Positions 10,010-16,987 of a DNA stretch of 26,162 bases are shown here, piece by piece. The translations under genes were made by a program, and so were the position numbers. Below the pieces are notes generated by a model. That model had not been told where the DNA came from. It saw only the letters and a program-made list of their open reading frames with translations, and did no database searches. This DNA comes from Polyangia bacterium (GTDB taxonomy: Bacteria; Myxococcota_A; Polyangia; JAAYKL01): NCBI GenBank assembly GCA_050287845.1, contig JBNKCR010000035.1:1-26162 (forward strand), given 5' to 3'. The number at the start of each line of letters is the position of its first letter. Within the stretch, counting starts at the first letter, position 1.

Positions 10010-10501
10010 TCATACCAGTTTCGCCTGCACCCGTGCATCGGATGCCACAACGCCTTCCGCCATCGATATCCGCTCTGCATCGAGCTTTGCCGCCAGCGCT
10101 TCATCCGTCACACTGATAATGGAAGCCGCTATCAGCCCTGCATTTTTCCCACAGTTGACGCCCACCCCCGCCATGGGGACGCCACCGGGCATCTGCACCG
10201 TTGAAAGGAGCGCGTCCAGACCGCCGAGCCCGCCCACCTCAATGGGCAGGCCAATCACGGGCAATGTGGTGTTTGCAGCCATGGCGCCGCCCAGATGATT
10301 GGCAGCGCCTGCTGCGGCAATAATCACCGCATGACCGTTAGCGCGCGCTGATTTGGCGATTTCTGCCGCCCGCAACGGTGACCGATGAGCGGATGCCACT
10401 TTCACTTCAAAGGGCACCCCCAGCTGACGGAGCACTTTTACCGCCGGTTCCACCTTATCAAAATCGTTTTCACTTCCCATTACAATCAATGCACTTTTCA
10501 T
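10010..10501 (-). CDS. purE: N5-CAIR mutase / AIR carboxylase PurE
   Basis: IVMGS..D, VASAHRSP, IIAAAG..NHL, LPVIGLP, GLDALLSTVQMPGGVP and NAGL motifs. GAGAGGTG RBS before ATG 10501. Confidence 0.93.
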   Translation of the reverse strand: MKSALIVMGSENDFDKVEPAVKVLRQLGVPFEVKVASAHRSPLRAAEIAKSARANGHAVIIAAAGAANHLGGAMAANTTLPVIGLPIEVGGLGGLDALLSTVQMPGGVPMAGVGVNCGKNAGLIAASIISVTDEALAAKLDAERISMAEGVVASDARVQAKLV

Positions 10502-10524
10502 TGGTTCACCTCTCATCAATCCTG

Positions 10525-11793
10525 TTATTTCAATGCACGATGGCCAATGTCCCGCCTGAGCCTCATACCCTTCCACGAAATCAAATCGCAGGCGGCGTAT
10601 GTTTTATCTCTGGCCTCGGCAAGAGTAGCGCCGCGCCCGGTGACGCCAAGGACCCGACCACCGTTCGTCACAATTTCATTGCCATCTTTGCGGGTGCCGG
10701 CATGAAAAACCATCACATCCGCCACCTTGTCGGCGTCTTCCAGTCCACTGATGGCATCCCCTTTTTCATAGCTGCCGGGATACCCGCCCGCCGCCTGCAC
10801 CACGCAGATGGCAGAACCGGGGTACCATTCCAGTTCAGTATCGCCGAGTTCTCCCCGCGCCGCTCTGAGCAGCACCTCCAGCAAATCGCTCCTGAGCATG
10901 GTGAGCAATGGCTGGCATTCAGGGTCACCGAAACGGACATTGAATTCCAGAACATTCAGGCGCTCACCGTCAATCATCAGACCGGCATACAGCACACCCC
11001 TGAAGGGCACCCCGTCTTTGGCCATCCCCTCGACCGTTGGCCGAATGACTTCATCGATAATTTTTTCCCGCAGTGCATCTGTCACCAGGGGCGCAGGACA
11101 ATACGCCCCCATGCCCCCGGTATTGGGCCCGGTATCGCCTTCGTATGCCGCCTTATGATCCTGAGCGGCCATGAGCGTCACAAAATTCCTGCCGTCGCAG
11201 ATAGCCAGAATGGACGCTTCATCCCCTTTGAGAAAATCTTCAATCACCAGCTCGCCACCGGCGTCGCCAAATGCCTTGTCGCCGAGAATACTGGTAACCG
11301 CCTCTCTGGCTTCGGCAGTTGTCTGGCAGAGCAGTACCCCTTTTCCGGCGGCCAGCCCGTCGGCCTTCACGACGCAGGGACCGTTGCGACGGTCCACCTC
11401 GGCGAGGGCATCCGCAAGATCATTGTGGCTTGTGAATCGCGCAGTGGGAATGGCGTGGCGATCCATGAATTCCTTGGAAAACCGCTTGCTCCCCTCCAGC
11501 ATCGCGGCCTTACCGCTGGGACCGAATACAGGGATGCCTTCTTCGGCAAGTCTGTCTGCCAACCCGAGCACCAACGGAACCTCCGGACCCACCACAACGA
11601 GCCCCACCTGCTCCGCTCTGGCCAGGGCCACCTGACCTTCGACATCTTCAGCGCCAACGGACACACAACGCGCATGTCCGGCAATCCCGCCGTTTCCCGG
11701 AGCGCAAATCACTTCTTCCACATTCGGGCTCTGGGACAGTTTCCAGCAGAGCGCATGTTCGCGGCCTCCGCCACCAACCACTAAAACCTTCAT
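10525..11793 (-). CDS. purD: Phosphoribosylamine-glycine ligase
   Basis: GGGGREHAL, APGNGG, VGPE, LEGSK, VVKADGLAAGKGV, GPNTGGMGAY, EFNVRFGDPE, HAGT and TNGGRVL motifs. Confidence 0.98.
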   Translation of the reverse strand: MKVLVVGGGGREHALCWKLSQSPNVEEVICAPGNGGIAGHARCVSVGAEDVEGQVALARAEQVGLVVVGPEVPLVLGLADRLAEEGIPVFGPSGKAAMLEGSKRFSKEFMDRHAIPTARFTSHNDLADALAEVDRRNGPCVVKADGLAAGKGVLLCQTTAEAREAVTSILGDKAFGDAGGELVIEDFLKGDEASILAICDGRNFVTLMAAQDHKAAYEGDTGPNTGGMGAYCPAPLVTDALREKIIDEVIRPTVEGMAKDGVPFRGVLYAGLMIDGERLNVLEFNVRFGDPECQPLLTMLRSDLLEVLLRAARGELGDTELEWYPGSAICVVQAAGGYPGSYEKGDAISGLEDADKVADVMVFHAGTRKDGNEIVTNGGRVLGVTGRGATLAEARDKTYAACDLISWKGMRLRRDIGHRALK

Positions 11794-11883
11794 CTTCTCC
11801 TCCTGATTACTTGAAAATGTTCAACATCTGAAAAAACAACCGCGAGCTTCACCGTCCTGTGACTTCGGCCGGCCACCCGACGG

Positions 11884-12498
11884 TCACTGTCTGGGAATCT
11901 GGCCCGTTTCTATATCAAACTCTGACAGACTCGATACCACCGCGGCATCGTACTTGGCCGTATGGGCAAACGCTTTCACCGCCAATTCGAATCTCAGCGG
12001 TTCTGACACCCGGTCGTACTTGGCAATCTGCCAGAGAATGGTTTCATAGTCATCGGGATCGCAAACCGCCGTCACCCGCTGGAAATTCCGCGCCGCTGAC
12101 CGAAGCAGGGCCGCCCCCCCCAAATCCAGCATCTCAATAGCATCATCCAATGACAGAGAACGATCTCTGGCCACGTACTCATATGGATAGAGATTCACCA
12201 CCACAAGGTCGATAGGTTGCGCCTGCATCCGTTCAAGTTCCGCAAAATGACCGTCCTTGTCCTTGGCGAGAATCCCCACGTGAATCTTCGGATGCAGGGT
12301 TTGAATCCGCCCTTCCATAATCGTTTGCTCGCCAATATATTCTTCCATGCGGGTCACCGGCAATCCGGCGGTATCGATGGCATCCGCAGTTCCCCCGGTG
12401 GAAAGAATACTGTACCCCAAATCCACCAGACCCCGGGCCAGGGTCTCAATTCCTTTTTTGTTTGAAACACTTAAAAGTGCGTATCGCTTTTTATCCAT
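11884..12498 (-). CDS. Stand-alone PurH N-terminal (IMP cyclohydrolase / MGS-like) domain; no AICAR transformylase domain
   Basis: ALLSVSNK, ILSTGGT, GRIQTLHP, IDLVVVNLYP, DLGG...RSAARN, DPDDY and AFAHTAKYD motifs. The ORF stops at 204 aa, about the PurH domain boundary, and only 90 bp separate it from purD. Confidence 0.88.
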   Translation of the reverse strand: MDKKRYALLSVSNKKGIETLARGLVDLGYSILSTGGTADAIDTAGLPVTRMEEYIGEQTIMEGRIQTLHPKIHVGILAKDKDGHFAELERMQAQPIDLVVVNLYPYEYVARDRSLSLDDAIEMLDLGGAALLRSAARNFQRVTAVCDPDDYETILWQIAKYDRVSEPLRFELAVKAFAHTAKYDAAVVSSLSEFDIETGQIPRQ

Positions 12499-13039
12499 AG
12501 CTTCCTCAAACTTGTATCTCGCCGTAATGGCAATGGTTTACCCCTTTGTAAAGGATTCAGGTTCTTTTGAAAAGAGCGTTCGAAGTCAATTCGGGGAGAG
12601 CAGGTGCTATCTTTTCCCGAAAAATTGGGACCGGCCCATGAATCGCAAGGACGTCGCATTGGGGAGATGGCCTACCATCCACTACACTACTCTGTATATT
12701 GTATCAATTATCGATTAAATCAGGATTCACAAAAAACAAAATAAATACAAACACTTGAAGCACAATACCAGTTTCGCTTCGCAAATTTTGCACCCGGCTG
12801 CACTATTTCGCAACCAGTCATATATCACCCGGGCAGCACAGATGCGACATCCCCCGTATCCGGAAAACCGCCGGCACGGGTCCCCCACCATTCGCCGAAT
12901 GGTAACCGCACCTGCCGGCATTTGTCAATTTGTCCTGTTCCGTCAATTTACCGCATTATATGATGGCGACCTTAAAAAAACATTGTCGGCTTCCCATACC
13001 ATTGGCGTGATGTGTGATAATCTTATAACCAACGCGTCT

Positions 13040-13069
13040 GCAGACGTTGTAAAAGCAGACGTTGTAAAA
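13040..13069 (+). repeat. Perfect 15-bp tandem duplication GCAGACGTTGTAAAA x2 just before an RBS
   Basis: 13040-13054 and 13055-13069 are identical. They overlap the palindrome CGTCTGCAGACG (13035-13046) and run into AAGGAG before ATG 13080. Confidence 0.9.
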
Positions 13070-13079
13070 GGAGATCCCA

Positions 13080-14174
13080 ATGAAAATAATCCCATTTGTA
13101 CTTTTTGCCGCCCTGGCCGCCTTCACCACACAGGTCGCAGCAGAAAGCTGTCATCTGAGTACCGCATGTGACGGGGAAGAAATCTGTATCAACCAGGAAT
13201 GTGCCCCGCCACCGGAAAACCTGGAATCCTGCGCCGCCGGCGAGAATTGTGAATGGGGAGAAACCTGTCACGACGGCTATTGCAAGCCCGGTGGCGTCAG
13301 CTGCAGCACCGTTGCCGGCTCGGGCAATGTGCGCGTGTCCGGCGGCGAAATCAACTGCATGAGCGGTACCGGAATGGGCTGGGAAAATGGGATGGACTGC
13401 GGTTCAGATGGTGATACTCCCAACTGCACTTCCCCCGACATCAACGACCTCACCGATATGGAGCTGGAAGCGATGTACGAGAAATGCGTCACCGACCTCG
13501 CGGACAATTGCGGCACTGAAACGCCCGATCCCGAGGAAATCTGCAGTCCGGAGGCCCTTCAGATTTGCACGGACTGGTCTACGTTTGTCGCTGAAGTGGA
13601 CGCGAACTGCGAAGGCGAATGGGATAGTGTGGCCGTGGAAAACCCATCTGACAACAGCGACTCGGCGGACGACTCGGGGGACGACTCGGGGGACGGAGAC
13701 GAGGACTCGGGGGACGGAGACGAGGATGGCGCGTCGGAAGAACCGGTAGATTCCAATCCGGACAGCAGTGGCAGCGAAGATGATGTTCCCCGGATTTCAG
13801 GTCTTTTCTCTGCCCGGGGACTCTCCGACACCGCCAATCCCTGGTTTATCGCCGAATGCTGCGAAGCCATGGAGGAAGAGGACGAAAGCGAGGAAATCGA
13901 GATGGTTCAGGGCATAATGGAATCATGCGCCGCAGAACTGAGTGCATCCGATTGCGATTCTTTCGAGATATGTGTTGAGAAGTATTATGAAGAGAATGGT
14001 TTCGAATTCGATGAAGATTCGGTTTCTTCCAACGGCGGAGACGACCGGGACGGCACCGACGAAATCGCCCAGGAGGCCGGTTCCCAGGCCACTGATTCCC
14101 CAACCGGTGACTCCGGGTGCAGTATCGTCACTCCCGGCCGCAGTGCCACCTCCCTCCTGTCTCTTATTTACTGA
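13080..14174 (+). CDS. Secreted Cys-rich, highly acidic protein with a C-terminal GC-type (MYXO-CTERM-like) sorting motif
   Basis: Signal peptide MKIIPFVLFAALAAFTTQVAA, more than 20 Cys, D/E/S/G-rich linkers, and C-terminus DSGCSIVTPGRSATSLLSLIY. Confidence 0.8.
   Translation: MKIIPFVLFAALAAFTTQVAAESCHLSTACDGEEICINQECAPPPENLESCAAGENCEWGETCHDGYCKPGGVSCSTVAGSGNVRVSGGEINCMSGTGMGWENGMDCGSDGDTPNCTSPDINDLTDMELEAMYEKCVTDLADNCGTETPDPEEICSPEALQICTDWSTFVAEVDANCEGEWDSVAVENPSDNSDSADDSGDDSGDGDEDSGDGDEDGASEEPVDSNPDSSGSEDDVPRISGLFSARGLSDTANPWFIAECCEAMEEEDESEEIEMVQGIMESCAAELSASDCDSFEICVEKYYEENGFEFDEDSVSSNGGDDRDGTDEIAQEAGSQATDSPTGDSGCSIVTPGRSATSLLSLIY
13659..13726 (+). repeat. Coding tandem repeats (12-nt GACTCGG[C/G]GGAC units, then 21-nt GACTCGGGGGACGGAGACGAG x2)
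   Basis: Units start at 13659, 13671, 13683 and 13704 and encode DSADDSGDDSGDGDEDSGDGDED. Confidence 0.85.
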
Positions 14175-14353
14175 ACTCCCCGCCCTTTTGCGCCAGACGC
14201 CCCCGTAATCGATGGTCTCTCTTTCCCCCATTGTCCGATGCGTCTTTCTCTGTCTGCATCCTGTATTGCGCTCTTGCCCAGGGGATTCCTCCTGATTCCT
14301 TCACGCCAGAAAACGCTTGAGGTGATGGCATAAACGGGATAGACCGAACGACG

Positions 14354-15991
14354 ATGGTTGACACGCATATCCGAACTGGGAAGCTGCGCCGAATTCTGGC
14401 CGACAATTGGAGAAACACCACAGCGCTGCTCATCTCTCTCTGTCTGCATCTGGCGATTTACATTTCGTACACACCGGACTACGACGAAGTGAAGGACGTC
14501 GCCGTTGAATTCGAGCTGGTAGGCGGTGACGCGGAGCAACCGGCAGCGCCGGAAGCCGAGGGTCCCAGGACGGCTACGCCTCCCGACGAAACTTCAGAAA
14601 AAGAAGATGTGCCCACACCGGATGAACCTGAAACTCCGGACGAACAGGGCGTGCTTGTTGGCGACACAGATATTATCGCAGAATCTGATGCACCGAAACC
14701 AGATACCGATTCTTCCATTGGCCATATCACCGACTCTGCCACAGATACACTCCCGACCATTGATTCAGCAACCGACTCAGGCACCGACGCCGATTCCGGC
14801 TCGGACAGAGACACCTCAGACGATTCCAGCCCCGATACCTACAGCGACAGTGCCACTGCCGATGTTGACACAGACACAGCCACTGCTGTCCCGCCCATTG
14901 ATTCCGCCACCACCACTGACAGCCGTGCTGCTGATGACACTGATACGCATACGGCTGGTACAACCAATGATTCGGATATCGATTCAGACACATCAACGGA
15001 ACGCAATCGGTTTCCCGGAAGCGCCGGCGCCAGCACTGGCGAAGATGGTATCTGCCTCCATGACGTGTTCGCCTTTGCCAAAGACAACCCCACCTGGATG
15101 GCATGGCTGAGCATGAAAGCTTTCGCCGGAACACGATACGAACAGGGCCTCGCCAACATTCTCGGATCGTTTTACCTATATAATGAAATGGTTGCCGCCA
15201 CGGAGATCGATCCGATGACCGAACTGGAGGGGGTACTTATCAGCGCGGACGATTTTTCCAGCTTCGATACCTATCAGGTCGTGGCCACCTACAATGTTGG
15301 CGAGGATGTCCTGAAACAGCGACTTGAGAAGAACATGAAGGGCAAAACCGGTTTTACACTCCGCCAGACCGCTCAGGGAACATCGGGAATACATCGCGAC
15401 AGTTACCGGTGGGATATGGTGGGTTCCGGCAGAGTGCTCGTGGCCAGCAATGCCCGAAAAGGTCATCTCAACCCCAAATGGCCCGCCAATGTGACCTGTA
15501 TGATGCCACGGGCGCCGTTTGACGGCGATTCCGGCACCCATTTCGATAAGCTGGTGCGCAGCAAAATCGGACCTGAAAAGGCAGGAGAGCGCTGGCCAGT
15601 CATGGTTCTCGCCACCCGCGACCCCGGTGCCGCCGGTATGTACTACAAACCCGACCTCGCCAAACATTTTCAATATGCCATTCTGAAAGGATATTTTTCC
15701 GATCCCATTCAAATTCAGGGTGAAGTCAAGTTTGCAAACCCGCAAGTCATGTCTGAAGTAAGCACGGAAATCAAAGGGTTGCTGGCCAGAGCTGCATATC
15801 TGAAATTCCTCGGACTGGGGAGCATGGTGGATAATTTCAGTTATGAAATCAAGGACGACACGCTTCATTTTATTGTTCCGGTGACCGAGAAGCAGATGGT
15901 GGCTATCCTTCAGATTCTCCAGCAATACAGCCTGAGACTCAACGCTCATTTTACCGGAAAACCACCTGGTGTGCCGAATTCCAAAAAATAA
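14354..15991 (+). CDS. Membrane-anchored protein with a TonB-like SxxxH TM helix, P/E- and D/T-rich linker, and unknown ~310 aa C-terminal domain
   Basis: TM segment TTALLISLCLHLAIYI, about 190 aa of low-complexity acidic linker, then a globular-looking C-terminal region. Confidence 0.75.
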   Translation: MVDTHIRTGKLRRILADNWRNTTALLISLCLHLAIYISYTPDYDEVKDVAVEFELVGGDAEQPAAPEAEGPRTATPPDETSEKEDVPTPDEPETPDEQGVLVGDTDIIAESDAPKPDTDSSIGHITDSATDTLPTIDSATDSGTDADSGSDRDTSDDSSPDTYSDSATADVDTDTATAVPPIDSATTTDSRAADDTDTHTAGTTNDSDIDSDTSTERNRFPGSAGASTGEDGICLHDVFAFAKDNPTWMAWLSMKAFAGTRYEQGLANILGSFYLYNEMVAATEIDPMTELEGVLISADDFSSFDTYQVVATYNVGEDVLKQRLEKNMKGKTGFTLRQTAQGTSGIHRDSYRWDMVGSGRVLVASNARKGHLNPKWPANVTCMMPRAPFDGDSGTHFDKLVRSKIGPEKAGERWPVMVLATRDPGAAGMYYKPDLAKHFQYAILKGYFSDPIQIQGEVKFANPQVMSEVSTEIKGLLARAAYLKFLGLGSMVDNFSYEIKDDTLHFIVPVTEKQMVAILQILQQYSLRLNAHFTGKPPGVPNSKK

Positions 15992-16113
15992 TCAAAAATA
16001 CGCCCACCTCCTGTACACGCGCCATTTTTTAATTGTAATCTGCGTAAATTCAGTTAAAAAAGGCCCCTGTGTGTCCATCGTGGCGCCAGGTTCGTTGAAA
16101 ACAGAAATATTTT

Positions 16114-16197
16114 GCCAGGGTGGCGGAATTGGTAGACGCAAGGGACTTAAAATCCCTCGAGCTATTGCTTGTACGGGTTCGATTCCCGTCCCTGGTA
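16114..16197 (+). tRNA. tRNA-Leu (anticodon TAA), CCA not encoded
   Basis: Acceptor GCCAGGG/CCCTGGT plus discriminator A. D-arm with GGAATTGGTAGAC. Anticodon arm AGGGA-CTTAAAA-TCCCT (TAA 16148-16150). Long variable arm. T-arm ACGGG-TTCGATT-CCCGT. Confidence 0.97.
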
Positions 16198-16344
16198 TAT
16201 TCCCATCTCTCTGTAAAAGCTTGACTTCATGGAAATTGAGATATAAAGAACACTCAGATTCTATCTGGCTCGAAAAAATTTGATCGCACTGATAGAGTTA
16301 CTAAACCAGAGCACCTGCTACACATTTGATATTCGGAGTGAGCC

Positions 16345-16908
16345 ATGAGTACCAACGACTTATTTACTGCCCCTCAAGTGGCCAAAATCTGTTCTACTGA
16401 CTTAAAAACTATTCACAATTGGGTGAACCGCGGCGAAATCAAGTTTTTCAGAACGCCGGGTAGACATCTGCGCTTCCGGCGCCAGGATATTCTCGATTTT
16501 CTTGTGAAATTCGGCTACCCGATCCCGGAAGGCTTCGCCCCCGCCAGACACAAGGCTGTGGTAATCGACGCTTCAGCGGAAACGGGCAGTTCCATCGCCA
16601 GAGCCCTTTCGGATAAAATGGAAGTGAAGGCATTCACTGACCATTTTGATGCCCTGCTCCAAATCGGAAAGGACAGACCATCTCTCGTGCTGGTCAACTG
16701 CAAATCCAATCCGGATATGATCAAAGTCGTGCAGAACATAACCAAGAACGAAGCAGATCTGCCGATACTGGCGTATGGCAGCGATCCCTTTCTGGCGGAA
16801 GATCCCCGAAAATCCGGGGCACTGGACGCCATTTCCGCCACAGATGTGGAATCCGTTAAAGATCGGGCAATCAATATTGTGCAGAACAATCTGAAAGCCG
16901 CCGGCTAA
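16345..16908 (+). CDS. Excisionase/MerR-type (BldC-like) HTH fused to a degenerate receiver domain
   Basis: N-term LFTAPQVAKICSTDLKTIHNWVNRGEIKFFRTPGRHLRFRRQDI is a typical HTH_17/Xis signature. The C-term has receiver topology (AVVID, DRPSLVLVN, LPILAY, GALDAI). GGAG RBS upstream. Confidence 0.85.
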   Translation: MSTNDLFTAPQVAKICSTDLKTIHNWVNRGEIKFFRTPGRHLRFRRQDILDFLVKFGYPIPEGFAPARHKAVVIDASAETGSSIARALSDKMEVKAFTDHFDALLQIGKDRPSLVLVNCKSNPDMIKVVQNITKNEADLPILAYGSDPFLAEDPRKSGALDAISATDVESVKDRAINIVQNNLKAAG

Positions 16909-16951
16909 TTCGCTTCAGACTGCACGTATGACATCCATTTTCAGATGGTAG

Positions 16952-16975
16952 ACACTGGGCGGCTGTCCCGCCAGC
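16952..16975. terminator. Possible GC-rich hairpin between convergent genes
   Basis: CTGGGCGG-CTGTC-CCGCCAG imperfect stem-loop between the stops at 16908 (+) and 16988 (-). No clear U-tract. Confidence 0.3.
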
Positions 16976-16987
16976 CCCATTGCCGGT

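Noticed and set aside
10378..11784. 468-aa + strand ORF
   Set aside because: It is antisense to the well-supported purD and purE genes.
11794..11883. Frameshifted remainder of purH (pseudogene)
   Set aside because: Only 90 bp separate the stop from purD, and I saw no transformylase motifs (e.g. LRYGENPHQ) there.
12499..12720. ZTP (pfl) or PRPP riboswitch upstream of the purH-like gene
   Set aside because: Reading the reverse complement by eye showed none of the conserved cores (e.g. GACUGGCG...GGUGG...CGCCUGGG). An Infernal scan would be decisive.
16399..16407. 9-nt identity (GACTTAAAA) between the regulator CDS and the tRNA anticodon loop
   Set aside because: The match is too short and in the same orientation, so it is likely chance.
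16114..16908. Integrated element at tRNA-Leu (tRNA followed by an excisionase-like gene)
   Set aside because: There is no integrase, I saw no duplicate of the tRNA 3' end in the window, and the flanks are housekeeping-like. The HTH is fused to a receiver-like domain, as in chromosomal regulators.
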